Part shown: positions 27,961-39,645 of the stretch, piece by piece
Layout of the letters: every line of letters begins with the position of its first letter
Position numbering within the stretch: the first letter of the stretch is position 1
DNA from: Octopus vulgaris
Lineage: Eukaryota
Direction: 5' to 3'
NCBI GenBank assembly: GCA_951406725.2
Contig: OX597818.1
Coordinates: 4,030,001 to 4,094,000 of the forward strand
Length of the DNA stretch: 64,000 bases
Program-made: the position numbers and the translations under genes
The notes under the pieces: generated by a model
The model's database searches: none
What the model was told of the DNA's origin: nothing
The model's input: only the letters and a program-made list of their open reading frames with translations

Positions 27961-28754
27961 GTAAGTCAGTTGAAAACTTTCATTTATTTATTCTAACTCA
28001 AGTGGAATTACTAAAAATAACATAGTATTTTCGTATAAAGTGCATAAAATAAAATTAGTGTAAAAATCGAAAAATCTACAATGCTAGTAATAGGCATATA
28101 TCCTTCTTTAAAAAAAAAGAATCTTTGGTAACGTAAGAATTAAAAAAATGGGAATTAATATTCGAGTTTTCGAAGGACTGTACAGCTTTCCCAGACAATC
28201 GCCAACGAAAAAGACGAATTTACATAAAACGAAGCAAGATCGCGGGAAAGTCAAGAGACGACCATGGCTGCAGCTACTTGAGATTATATACTACTAATGC
28301 ATCTTGGTATCCGCGTGGCTACGTTTATTCTGATTAGTTAACCACAAACATTTTGAAACAGTCACAGGTCGAAGATGGTCTTCATCAGTGAAAATTCAAG
28401 ACACGTTTAAAGAAATCAAAAGAACGAACATATAATAGCAGTAATTGTATATTAAATAGTAACTGTGTATGTATGTATGTATGTATATCAAAATAGTAAG
28501 AGTTCGAAGAAAATTAGTAGTCCTCCCAGTAATTGATAATTATCATCGCTACTTCTGTCATCTGAGTTTTCTAGTGTCACACACAAACAAGTTCCAAGCA
28601 TGATTGTGATGTTACAATAGCCATATCGTAAATAACAACTAAGCTCTTCTAAAACAATGTATCAGGCACCACATAAATCTTCATTAGTGCTGAAAGATGT
28701 CCTGTTCACTTGCAATGGCTAACGCAACTCCAATAAGCATGGCGACACTAGTAT

Positions 28755-28764
28755 CCGCCATTTT
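28755..28764 (+). promoter_or_regulatory. YY1-type motif CCGCCATTTT near the start of SNRNP70 intron 1
   Basis: Exact YY1 core within a CpG-retaining domain (~26600-31900); a CCAAT box also lies at ~29507. Confidence 0.45.
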
Positions 28765-29008
28765 GGAAACACTATAAGTTCACCTTTATCTCGCAGTTAA
28801 TTCGAGTTAAGATTTTATATATAAAAAAAGTAGACTATATAAACAGCATGATCCCACCCTAATTATTGAAATACATATTCATATCATCATAAATACAGAG
28901 TGGATTATATTTTAACATCATTGAAATTATTAAACAAAATTAAATTTTTACACAAATTAATAAGCCAATAAATGTTTGATCTAAAGAAAGTAAATTGATC
29001 ATGTTTAC

Positions 29009-29152
29009 CTCGAATTCCTTGAAATATTGTGCTACTCCTGTATATGGCACTCTCTTTTTTTCGTGACTTAGTTTGTCAACTGGAGGATAATAAGGAATAG
29101 GATCTCTGGCCGCAAACAAAGCCAACAGATTCGGTGGCAAAAATTGTGTCAT
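29009..29152 (-). CDS. SNRNP70: U1 snRNP 70 kDa protein, coding exon 1 ([48 protein letters not shown])
   Basis: Diagnostic U1-70K N-terminus [19 protein letters not shown]; ends at donor GAG|GTAAAC, phase 0. Confidence 0.97.
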
Positions 29153-31198
29153 TGTCTCCGTAAATTAATTATCGATTTTAAATGAATAATATTAGGAAAA
29201 ATCTGTCGTCAAGAAGTAAGTGAAGCCAGTAATGTGTGCAATTTCCTTTTTTTTTAATAACGTTTTTAAGTGCTCCGCGTTGGAAACAGTTAACGTAATT
29301 CAAAAGGCTTCAATATGTCCTTAATGTTTTGTTGAAGGATAAAGTAGTCGACAGCGCAAAAATGGTTCCACACTGAAAATTCAAAATTCAAGTCAAAAAA
29401 AAAAAATTGATAATCACAAAGAATGATTGCCTACGTGTACCTTGCGAGTCAACTGTAGAGCAACTGCGAAATATGACTAGTAATGTCTACAGCAGTTTTG
29501 TGTCAGCCAATAGCACATGCTCACTTCCTATATCTGCTCCTCCACAGCAATGGTGCTAGATGATACTGCTGCCAACGCCATCTACTTCCCTTTAGTTTCC
29601 TTTTACTCCCACTATCTCTCATTTTCTATTAGCTCTATTATTTTTACTTACTTTCTCGATATCTGACTTTTTCGTTCTCTTGGTATGTTTTTGTGAAAGG
29701 CAGGGCAAGAGAAGGAAACAATCATTGACTTTGTACTCGTTTATGCTGAACTTTCAACATATAATGTTTTAAAAGGAATGCAGCTTTCCAAAAAAGAAGT
29801 AATGTTTGTTATCAGTTTAGTACGTGAACATGTACCTTCGTGCAAGTTGGTTATAGGTGGGCCAGATCGAATAACCTGTTCGCATTGAATAATATCTTCA
29901 TGTATGCCTTCATCACTGTTAATGGTTATCATTGGTCTTCAGAGCAGCAGCAGCTTCTACAATTTTTACACACACGCGCACATACTTTTTTTCTTTTTTT
30001 TACCCTTTTTTTTTTTTACTTTCCATTAAATACTAAAATACAGCGAAAGCGAACTCTGCAGATGCTGAAAATTCTATGATGACTGCTGTATATATGAATA
30101 TACCTCGACAAGTATATGTATATATGTACACACACACACATATATACACGCACATACATGTATATATATATATACGTATAAATACATATATATATATATT
30201 ATTCATACATATCACACAGTTGATGGATAAAAAGTATGTTGAGAATTACACGGAAAACCACAGCTATATAATTTTTTTTAACTGATGCACATCAAAGAAT
30301 GATGGATACATAAGATATGTGTATGTAAACGGCACATCTAACACGCACTCACATAAACACTTCTCTCTCTATATATATATTTATATATATACACACACAC
30401 ATACGTTTGGTTATTTCTACTTTGTGAATATCTATTGATTTTGGCCAACTATTAACATTTTAATGTGCTCTGTCTCACCAAAATCGTTCGTTTTCTTCAA
30501 TCGGCAAACACCCACACTTACTGTACTCTATATTCCTCTTGATGCGATTTGTTTTGTTTGTGTTTGAATGTATCTGAATGTCGTGAGAGAAGATTCTTCT
30601 GTATGCAGCAGCAGCGGCAGACGCCACAAAATCCGACCTGAAGGGGATGAGGTAAGAACCTTTATTATTATTATCGAATGTCACATTTAAATAGATCTGA
30701 TTACTACACCATTGCAATAGTTATCAATAGTGATAATTAATGTATTTAACCATGTGACATTCAGTATTTTCAGAGACGAACTTGAATTTCTAAGTGCCTT
30801 CTTAGGTTTAAATAAATACACATATTTATAATTTTATGTATGCATGAATATGCATAACGATGTGTATATGTTTGCATACGTGTGAACATATTATGTATGT
30901 ATGCTTATATGAGTGTAGGGTGAGAACTGGTACATTCGAGCAGAAGTACTCTCCTATAGTCATGCCCAACTCAATTAATTCCCCTTGCGCCAATACTACC
31001 TTTATATCTGATTAGAAAGATAACATCAAGGGCATAGATACTGTCAATTGACTGAAACCACATTATTTAACTCTGAATTTTAAAAGAAAATAGTACAGTA
31101 AAGACGGGACATTTCAGTACTACGTTCTGAAGTGGGATGACCAGATTGTAATGCGTCTTGGCTGTGATAAAAACCATCTTAGTACTAACACCTTTCAG

Positions 31199-31293
31199 GT
31201 GTACAGAATGGACATTGTACAGCCATCTCTCCTACCACCAAAGACTCTCCTCTTTCAAACAGATGCATCACTTCGGAGTTGAAGAAATTGTAG
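31199..31293 (+). other. Candidate internal exon of a + strand transcript
   Basis: TACTAAC branch point (31183-31189), cctttcag acceptor and G|GTATGT donor; open when entered in phase 2. Confidence 0.5.
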
Positions 31294-32249
31294 GTATGTG
31301 ATATCAGAGGCCAGTAAATATGTGCTATGTACAAAAGAAGAGATCGAAAGGAACATCGGCTACACTCCTTGCGGGGAAGAAACAGATGTACAAATTTATA
31401 TGGGTGGATAACAGTGTTGAAGTCAGAGATATATGATCCGGAAAGGCAGGGGGAGGCAACTGTCCTCTCCAATTTGGGCAAAACTGAGGAAAATTCGGGT
31501 AAGGCAAGAAGAAAAATATATGACGGGGAAAGTAAAAATATTAACTAACAATGTTACCGAATTGATTGTATAGAAAAGAAAAGGTAATGTACGTATGCCT
31601 AAGAGGGCGTGTACGTAAACATACATAGCTACCGCTTAACAACAGCAGCTGCATCGTGTATTATAATCTGTTGTGGTACCCGTGAAAAAAAAAAACCATC
31701 TGTAGTAAAATTTTCAGCTATATTTGTAGACATCAGAGGTAATAAGCAGCTCTGATTTTTCTAAAACAAGCTCGTTTGGCTAACTGAGCTTATTTATTTG
31801 GGAGATGGACAGAAAGACTGCTATAAAAGATATTCAGATATATATATAACCGAACACACGCACACTAATATATTCTTTCTTTAGCTCTTAAGTCACATAA
31901 GTGGTTTAGAAACAAAATCTGCAACGCTAGTACAAAATTATCCCCCCACTCAAATTATGCAATATTTATCAGAACCATAACACTTGCAAACCACTATCTG
32001 AATCGTGAAGGATGCTTCCATGCATTGCATAGCTCTCAAACTGCAGTTGATCTTTCTGGCATGATGATCTCCACTATGTAGAATCCTCTTTTCCTCCTCT
32101 CAGTTATGAGGATTCATGCTGTCTACCTAACACCCAACTCCACAACTCCCATTAGTAAATTTACCTTAGAATTTATTTCTATCTTCCCAATACATACACA
32201 CCAAGTGCGAAAGTACATATGCTCCCACAAGATCACTAACACGGACAAT

Positions 32250-32620
32250 ATTCCTTAATACCTAGAGCTAGACACCTGTGCTCTTCAAATATTTAACCAC
32301 TTCCTCTCTTTAGGGATGTACACAAATCTTTGGAATCTCGTTGCTATGTGTTCTGTTCCCAAGAAGGACAACCCCTCTGACTTTTTAATCTACCAGCCTA
32401 TCACTCATTTCCAGTATCTTCAAGGTAATGGAGGCAGATATTAATGCCCGTGTTCTCTGACACATTGAATTTTCACACACCTTAATAACCACCTGTGTGT
32501 TTTTCGCAACCAACCTCCAAAATTAGCATCACAACTACCATCTACTGGAGACTATATAGTGCGCTTTCCCTCTTAAGGAGTGTTGTTGCCTTTAACATAA
32601 GGAAAGCCTATGGGCTTCAT
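32250..32620 (+). mobile_element. Decayed LINE RT remnant
   Basis: VPKKDNPSD...YQPI resembles the PKKG...NYRPIS motif. Confidence 0.4.
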
Positions 32621-33072
32621 CTGTCTGTCATTATTAGGAGTGATTACTTCCAAGTAGATTGCACTGTTATGAAAATGCTGATGTTCCACAAACATTCTAA
32701 ACAGCATCTGTTGAAAAGGCACTCCAATAATTGCCTTAAAGTTAACCATTGAGACTTTCTAGTATCTGACCCTGGTGCTGGTTGCCTTCTTCTGCCTCCT
32801 CTAACGCTACTGCAGTGCTCCTTCCTCTTTGAGGCTGACGGGTTTCATACTACTATTGTACAAACTTTTCCAGATCACTCATTTCTCATCCTCACATCAC
32901 CCATGATATATCCAGCATCCCAGGACTTGGGCAAATCAATATGTTTCAAATGTCAGCTCTGTGGTACCCTTGATCAATGTCATTTCATGTCCTTCCATCT
33001 ATGTATGCATGTGTGTGTGGGAGTATATGTGTATGTATATGTGAGCAAGTATCTGTGTTTACATGTGTAAAT

Positions 33073-33114
<42 letters not shown>

Positions 33115-33231
33115 ATTGCATCATCATCATTATTAACGTGTTTGCCATGCTGGCATGGATTGGAAAGCTTGGCAGGAACTGGCCAGTCAGAAGTAAATGG
33201 TGTCATCTTCTGACTTTTGAGCATTACAAAC

Positions 33232-33331
33232 NNNNNNNNNNNNNNNNNNNNNNNNNNNNNNNNNNNNNNNNNNNNNNNNNNNNNNNNNNNNNNNNNNNNN
33301 NNNNNNNNNNNNNNNNNNNNNNNNNNNNNNN
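33232..33331. other. Assembly gap (100 N)
   Basis: Run of n characters. Confidence 1.
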
Positions 33332-34299
33332 ATTTTCGCTTTTGATATAGTGTTTTGCAACTAAAACATACTCGTGAATACACGTGTTAAAACGCACGTG
33401 TGTTACTTTCCCGAAATCGAAGTGAATTTTATTCTTCGTCTGTGAATCAACAAGACACAGGATATTTTCGTTTTTGATGTATATCTGCGTGTTCTGAAAA
33501 AAGCCTCTGAAAAATTTGCTGCTTAATACCAAATCGCTTAGGGAAATACAGAAAGTATTCCTCAAACTGTTGCACGTGCTAAATCGAAACTCAAATCCCT
33601 TTTGTTTACAAAGTGCGCTTGGGGAAAAAAAGGTCTGTCTTGTCTATCTATCTTCCTTTCTCATAAAAAGGAATCGCGTAAGTACTCTCTCTCAGCCGGT
33701 AAGGTAAGGAAAAAAAAAAAAATATTACTTATTTTGTTATCATTAGTGTTCTTTCAAACAGAAAATAATAATATATCTATGTGTATGTATATGTGTGTGT
33801 TAGAAGTATAGCCGCAATTATTTTTAGAAGACATTGTTTTAGCGACGGACAAATGTATATCTTCTTTTCTCTTTTTCTCTGCTTAAATTCTGTAAAATCT
33901 CTATGTGTATGTATATGTGTGTGTTAAAAGTATAGTCACAATTAGTTTTTATTTTAGAATACATTGTCTGTAGCGACAAATACATATTTTCTTTTCTCTT
34001 TTTCTCTGCTTAATTTCTGTAAAATCTCTTGGATTGTTTTCTTTCAGCTATTTCATTATTATTATTATTGTTTCTTTATATACTCACTTGGTACTACTGT
34101 TTATATATGTGCGTGTGCACACATGTATATATGTGTGTATGTGTATGTATGTATACGCGTGTGTGTGTGTGTACAAATAGCTTCGCTTAGAATTCTCCCC
34201 TCTCTCTCTCTCTCTGTCTGTCTCTTCAGTTTCTCTCACTCACACTTCTCCTTGTCTCTTCATAGCTCTCATTCTATCTTACTCCCTCTTTTCAAATAT

Positions 34300-34720
34300 A
34301 TAAATTCTCTCTATATTTCTTCCTTCTCTCCCTATCTCTTCAGTTTCTCTCCCGCTTCTCTTTGTCTCTCCATTACTCTCTTCTATCTCTTCAGTTTCTC
34401 TCCCGCTTCTCCTTGTCTCTCCATTTCTCTCTTCTAACTTACTCTCCTCTCTCGGATACATATAAGGACATAGACGCTTTCTCTCTCTTCCTTCAGCTCT
34501 CGGTCTCTCCTCTTCCTCTTCTCTCTTACTCTCGGCTCCCAATTTCTCCTTAAGTACATAGACGCTCCCTTTCTCTTCTAACTTACTCTCCTCTCTCGGA
34601 TACATATAAGGACATAGACGCTTTCTCTCTCTTCCTTCAGCTCTCAGTCTCTCCTCTTCCTCTTCTCTCTTACTCTCGGCTCCCAATTTCTTCTTAAGTA
34701 CATAGACGCTCCCTTTCTCT
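34300..34720 (+). repeat. Pyrimidine-rich tandem duplications upstream of LINE ORF1 (about 51-nt x2 and 144-nt x2)
   Basis: CTAACTTACTCTCC at 34434 and 34578; CTATCTCTTCAGTTTCTC at 34332 and 34383. Confidence 0.85.
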
Positions 34721-34874
34721 ACTTTCTCCCTACACCCCTATTGCACTATTAGATTAATATAAATTAATATGATATAATATAATTCCTCCCTTCCTCACAA
34801 TCACAATCTCTTCCTCTCTCCTCCCTTCTCCCTTTTTCCCTCACAGCTTCTCTCTCTCTCCCCGCTACAACGGA

Positions 34875-35810
34875 ATGGACAACATGCAAAAATTAGAGGT
34901 GAATGCAAACACTGGCGTCAACAAAAGCCAGCGTAACTGGACGAAAGTAGAGCTGGAAGTTTTCATCAGAGGATGGAGCTCGGCCGACAGATCGCAACCA
35001 ACTAAAAACATAGCGGCGACCCTGAAAAGCCATGGCTTTATGAGGACGTTGGCGCAAGTAGAGAGGAAGAAAAGAGAAGTCGAAAGGGCCTACACTCTCA
35101 TTGCACCACACATGGCTTTGCTAAGCCAAGTCCTCAAGGTGGACAAAGACAAAGAGAGAGAGATGGAAACAGGAAACACCAACCACAGAGTGTCAAAAAA
35201 TGACACGCCCACTGCCACAGTCGAAGAAGGCAAGCAGGGCAAACAACAGATAGGCGGCAATGGGGAAACAGAAAATAACCACCCGGATGAAAAGACCTAT
35301 GCAGAAAGGAACCAGTGGACAACCGTCCAACGGAGGAAGAAAAAACAGAGAGGAACTGGGGACAAGAAAACCCAGATAACATGCAAATTCTTCCGGAATG
35401 GAACCTGCTGGCATGGAGAAACAGGGGAAGGATGCAGGTTCGCTCATCCCAGGCCCTATGGAAATTGCATCAAACCCACTCGACCAAAATGCCTTAACCA
35501 AAACCAGAACAAATACAAGCTGCCCCAGAAATATGCAGACATAGTGCGTAATGCCCCAACAAGGAGAAGGTGCACATTTGCAGAGGAAATGCAGACGGCG
35601 GCAGCAGAACAAAGAAATTTTGTGGAAATGGCAGAGAAAATTGTGGGACAACTGGCCTGGATACATCGTCTTCAGAGCCAGGGGCACTCACAACAGCACT
35701 CAAGACCACCACAATCAAGGGACCCAGGGTGGCCACCGCTGACGCCGGCCCAGGTGCCACACCGTCAGCCTTTATTGACACCCCGGGTGTCTCACCAGTG
35801 CTTCTGCTGA
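34875..35810 (+). CDS. LINE ORF1 protein with Myb/SANT (trihelix-like) domain and CCCH zinc finger
   Basis: 311 aa, ATG start; NWT..E....I..W...IA..L...G..RT..QV..K......Y pattern; CKFFRNGTC...C..AH finger; overlaps ORF2. Confidence 0.8.
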   Translation: MDNMQKLEVNANTGVNKSQRNWTKVELEVFIRGWSSADRSQPTKNIAATLKSHGFMRTLAQVERKKREVERAYTLIAPHMALLSQVLKVDKDKEREMETGNTNHRVSKNDTPTATVEEGKQGKQQIGGNGETENNHPDEKTYAERNQWTTVQRRKKKQRGTGDKKTQITCKFFRNGTCWHGETGEGCRFAHPRPYGNCIKPTRPKCLNQNQNKYKLPQKYADIVRNAPTRRRCTFAEEMQTAAAEQRNFVEMAEKIVGQLAWIHRLQSQGHSQQHSRPPQSRDPGWPPLTPAQVPHRQPLLTPRVSHQCFC

Positions 35811-38752
35811 ATGTCAGAGGTCTGGTGAAACCCACTAATATGGGTAAAATTCCTTACCTTAGGGACTTGAGCACAAGCAACCATGCAATATGCATAGCGC
35901 TGACTGAAACGCACCTGTCAAGCAGTATAGCAGATGCAGAAATACACATACCGAAGTATACTGTTTTTCGGTCGGACAGGAAGGAAAGAACTCATGGTGG
36001 GGTTGCCCTGTACGTCCGTGAAGATGTCACACCCATAGTACTGTTGACACACTCAAACTCAGTCTGTGACACACTGATAGTACACATGAAACAACCGAAA
36101 ATAGTAATATGTGTCACATATCGGCCACCAGACACCCCTAGTCATGAAGGAGTGTTTGAAGATAGCCTCAGAAGAATAGAAGAAGTCCTCGACAAACTGG
36201 ACCAGGGTAACACCATTCTACTGCTGGGAGATTTTAACCTTCCGAAAGTCAAATGGCCAGATGGCCATCTCCTCCCTGGAATGACATCACTTGAACAGAG
36301 ACAGACAGAGTCCTTGTTGGCTCTCACACGCAAGTTTTTCATGGAGCAAGCAGTGCTTTGGCCAACAAGAGGTGAGAATGTCTTGGACCTCTGTTTCACA
36401 AGCAACCCGATGCTCATCCACAACATAATGGTAACACCAACAATTCTCTCAGATCACAACTTAGTAGAGGTAATGATATATGGTATGAGAGAGTTAGTTG
36501 AGACGCAGCCATTAGAAAATACCACAGGCCTATCCAGTCTAAACTTCCATAAGGCAAACTGGAAGAAGATCAACGAAGAGATCCGAAAACATGACTGGAG
36601 TGACTTCATCACCACACAAGACACCAACACACATTTCCAACATTTCATGACAACAATACAGAACATATGCCATAAGTTTGTCCCGGAGAAAAAAGCCAGC
36701 GGGCATAGGAACGTTATTCCCAGAGACAGGAAAATACTTATGAGGCGAAGAGCTAAGCTCTCGAAGCAACTGAATGCACGGCAGAGAAACAATGAGGGAC
36801 TCCACCTGAAACTTTTTGAAACGGAAACTGCACTCAAACTTTCCTATGAGAAGGAGAGGGCAGAGAGAGAAGCCAGGGCCATAGAGAATATTAAAACAAA
36901 CCCTAAAGCCTTCTTTAAATTTGCGAAAGAAACCACCTCGGTACACTGCAAGATTGGCCCACTCTTTGATAAAAAGGGCTCTCTAACTGAGGACCCCCAA
37001 GGGATAAGTGAAATACTAAAGGAACAGTATAAAAGTGTGTTCACATCCCCTCTGGGGCACATGCAAATCACAAACCCAGAAGTTTTCTTTGATGCCACAA
37101 CACTCCAAAACCAAACAACAACCATCGACCACATAGACATAACAGAGAGGGATGTAATATCTGCCATAGAAGAAATGAGAATAAACTCAGCTGCTGGACC
37201 AGATGGATTCCCAGCAGTCCTCCTAAAAACATGCAGGCATGCCCTAGCGGGACCACTGAAGAAGCTCTTCAGTGGTTCCTTGGCTAACGGTAAACTGCCC
37301 AGGGCGCTTAAAGAAGGCACCATATGCCCTATCCACAAAGGAGGGAGTAGAGCAGAGGCCAAAAACTACAGGCCAGTCTCCCTGACGTCACACATAAGTA
37401 AGGTCATGGAACGAATCATCAGAAAAAAACTGATCACGTTCCTCGAAGAAACTAACCGTCTCACTGACACACAGCATGGCTTTCGCCCAGGAAGAAGCTG
37501 CCTTACGCAGCTGTTACAACACTACGACTGGGTACTGAAACAACTACTGGATCGCTCACAGGTGGATGTGGTATATCTCGACTTTGCGAAGGCCTTTGAC
37601 AAAGTCGACCACGGAGTGATATGTCACAAATTACTCAGACTCGGCATAACAGGAAAAGTAGGTGAGTGGATACATGACTTCCTGAAGGACAGAAGCCAGA
37701 TGGTTGCAGCCAATGGAGCCCTCTCGGGAAAGACACCAATAGCAAGCGGGGTGCCACAGGGCACAGTCTTGGGACCCTTGCTGTTTTTGGTGGCGCTCTC
37801 TGACATGCCCTTGGTAGCACAAACAACATCCCTCACTAGCTATGCTGATGACACAAAGGTAGCACAGGCAATCAAAAACCCAGCTGATGCTGACCTTTTA
37901 CAACAAGATCTGGATGCCATATACAAATGGGCTGAAGACAACAACATGCAATTTAATGCTGGCAAATTTCAAGCCTTACAATATCAAGCTGTAAACACAT
38001 ATACATTACAACACAACTATACTGGTCCAGGAGGGATCGAAATCCCAGTATCGAAATCAATACGGGACCTGGGGATAGACATGAGTGACGATGCATCTTT
38101 TTCTTCACACATCGCGAAGGTGGCGACAATGTGCAGACGACTCACTGGCTGGAACCTGAGGACATTCCGGACAAGAGACTGCGAGACCATGTTGACACTA
38201 TGGAGGACATTTGTCCTAAGCCGCCTGGACTACTGCTCCCAACTGTGGTCACCGCATAGTGTCAAACTAACCACAGAGCTTGAGACAATCCAAAGACATT
38301 TCACCAAGAGGATTTCCACCATGAAAGAAAAGAACTATTGGGAGAGGCTTAGGGAACTCAATTTGTACTCCTTGGAACGAAGACGAGAGAGATATGCAGT
38401 GATATACATATGGAAAATCCTGGAGGGACTAGCACCAAATTTTGGAATTGAGAGCTGTTCCAATCCCCGTACAGGACGTCACTGTGTGGTGCCAAAGGTC
38501 CCGTCTTCCACATCCAGGGTAAGGAGCAGATACTGTAATAGCCTGGGGTTCAGGGGCCCTCAGCTTTTCAACAAACTGCCAAGAAAACTAAGAGATCTAC
38601 ATGATGCGGATGTGGACATTTTCAAAAAACATCTAGACAAGCTGCTTTCCAGGATCCCAGATGAACCCACTGCAAGGTACGAAGGTAACCTAAGGGCAGC
38701 AGCTACAAACTCTCTCTTAGATCAGTGGCCAGCCACGGCAAACTGGACTTAG
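35570..38752 (+). CDS. LINE ORF2: APE endonuclease + reverse transcriptase (CR1-group), uninterrupted
   Basis: LNVRGL, LTETHL, GGVALY, YRPP, GDFNLP and SDH endonuclease motifs; [40 protein letters not shown] and YADD RT motifs. True start uncertain. Confidence 0.95.
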   Translation: MHICRGNADGGSRTKKFCGNGRENCGTTGLDTSSSEPGALTTALKTTTIKGPRVATADAGPGATPSAFIDTPGVSPVLLLNVRGLVKPTNMGKIPYLRDLSTSNHAICIALTETHLSSSIADAEIHIPKYTVFRSDRKERTHGGVALYVREDVTPIVLLTHSNSVCDTLIVHMKQPKIVICVTYRPPDTPSHEGVFEDSLRRIEEVLDKLDQGNTILLLGDFNLPKVKWPDGHLLPGMTSLEQRQTESLLALTRKFFMEQAVLWPTRGENVLDLCFTSNPMLIHNIMVTPTILSDHNLVEVMIYGMRELVETQPLENTTGLSSLNFHKANWKKINEEIRKHDWSDFITTQDTNTHFQHFMTTIQNICHKFVPEKKASGHRNVIPRDRKILMRRRAKLSKQLNARQRNNEGLHLKLFETETALKLSYEKERAEREARAIENIKTNPKAFFKFAKETTSVHCKIGPLFDKKGSLTEDPQGISEILKEQYKSVFTSPLGHMQITNPEVFFDATTLQNQTTTIDHIDITERDVISAIEEMRINSAAGPDGFPAVLLKTCRHALAGPLKKLFSGSLANGKLPRALKEGTICPIHKGGSRAEAKNYRPVSLTSHISKVMERIIRKKLITFLEETNRLTDTQHGFRPGRSCLTQLLQHYDWVLKQLLDRSQVDVVYLDFAKAFDKVDHGVICHKLLRLGITGKVGEWIHDFLKDRSQMVAANGALSGKTPIASGVPQGTVLGPLLFLVALSDMPLVAQTTSLTSYADDTKVAQAIKNPADADLLQQDLDAIYKWAEDNNMQFNAGKFQALQYQAVNTYTLQHNYTGPGGIEIPVSKSIRDLGIDMSDDASFSSHIAKVATMCRRLTGWNLRTFRTRDCETMLTLWRTFVLSRLDYCSQLWSPHSVKLTTELETIQRHFTKRISTMKEKNYWERLRELNLYSLERRRERYAVIYIWKILEGLAPNFGIESCSNPRTGRHCVVPKVPSSTSRVRSRYCNSLGFRGPQLFNKLPRKLRDLHDADVDIFKKHLDKLLSRIPDEPTARYEGNLRAAATNSLLDQWPATANWT

Positions 38753-38826
38753 AGAGGGTAGCAACAAGGGCGGTGCCCCAGCATGGCCTCAGCCGGATGG
38801 CTGAAACAAGTAAAAGAGTAAAAGAG

Positions 38827-38941
38827 TATACATACATACATATATACATACATACATACATATATATATATATACATACATATATATATATATACATACA
38901 TACATATATATATATACATACATATATATATATATACATAC

Positions 38942-38974
<33 letters not shown>

Positions 38975-39125
38975 CATACATATATATATATATACATACA
39001 TATATATATATACATACATACATATATATATATACATACATGTATATACATACATATATATATACATACATATATATATATATATATATACATACATGTA
39101 TATATATATATACATATATATATAT
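38827..39125. repeat. (TA)n/(TACA)n compound microsatellite
   Basis: Direct reading. Confidence 0.98.
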
Positions 39126-39129
39126 GGTA

Positions 39130-39645
39130 TACAAGTTGACTACATCAAATGAAACCAGGATTGTTTCTTCCTTGGTTTTTTTTGAAGGTGGTTTAACATA
39201 TCTAAGTCATCTCTGATATGGCTATCGATATGTTTAAGGAAGGGTTTCAGGAGGATGTCCATAAGTAGTACACTTAGTCTGTGTGTTTCACGGGTTGGGC
39301 CAGCTACATTGGGTCGTAGTTTTAGGTCCCCCGGGTTAGGTGTGTGTATGTATGTCTTTGGTGATTTTTTAATGGTTTCATTTATAATTTGACTTTTATG
39401 AATTTTTGGCAGACCATAGAAAAGGCTAGGTTAGCATGTAAAGTTTGTTAGGATGTCAATCTCTTTGGTTGTCAGTTCCTTTTCATGGGTTTTAATTAGT
39501 CAAGATAGAGTTTTCATTATTTTTTGTGGGGTGTAGTTGGTAATTTTTTCATAATGTAGGTCGTCATCAAGCAAGGAAATTACAAGATTTCTGTAGTATG
39601 ATGTATCCATTATTACAACTGCATTTCCTTTGTCCGCTTCCTACA
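39130..39645 (-). mobile_element. Penelope-like element RT fragment
   Basis: Minus strand reads ADKGNAVVIMD, FYGLPKIHKS and LKLRPNVAGP with in-frame stops. Confidence 0.85.

Larger units (their letters stand above)
33332..38827 (+). mobile_element. Apparently full-length CR1-group non-LTR retrotransposon (5' boundary uncertain)
   Basis: Two overlapping ORFs and a short 3' UTR ending in (GTAAAAGA)2 then a microsatellite; upstream pyrimidine-rich tandem region may be 5' UTR and abuts the N-gap. Confidence 0.85.

Noticed and set aside
28360-28395. CTGATGA on the minus strand as a hammerhead or C/D snoRNA
   Set aside because: No GAAAC after a stem on the same strand and no convincing D box or terminal stem.
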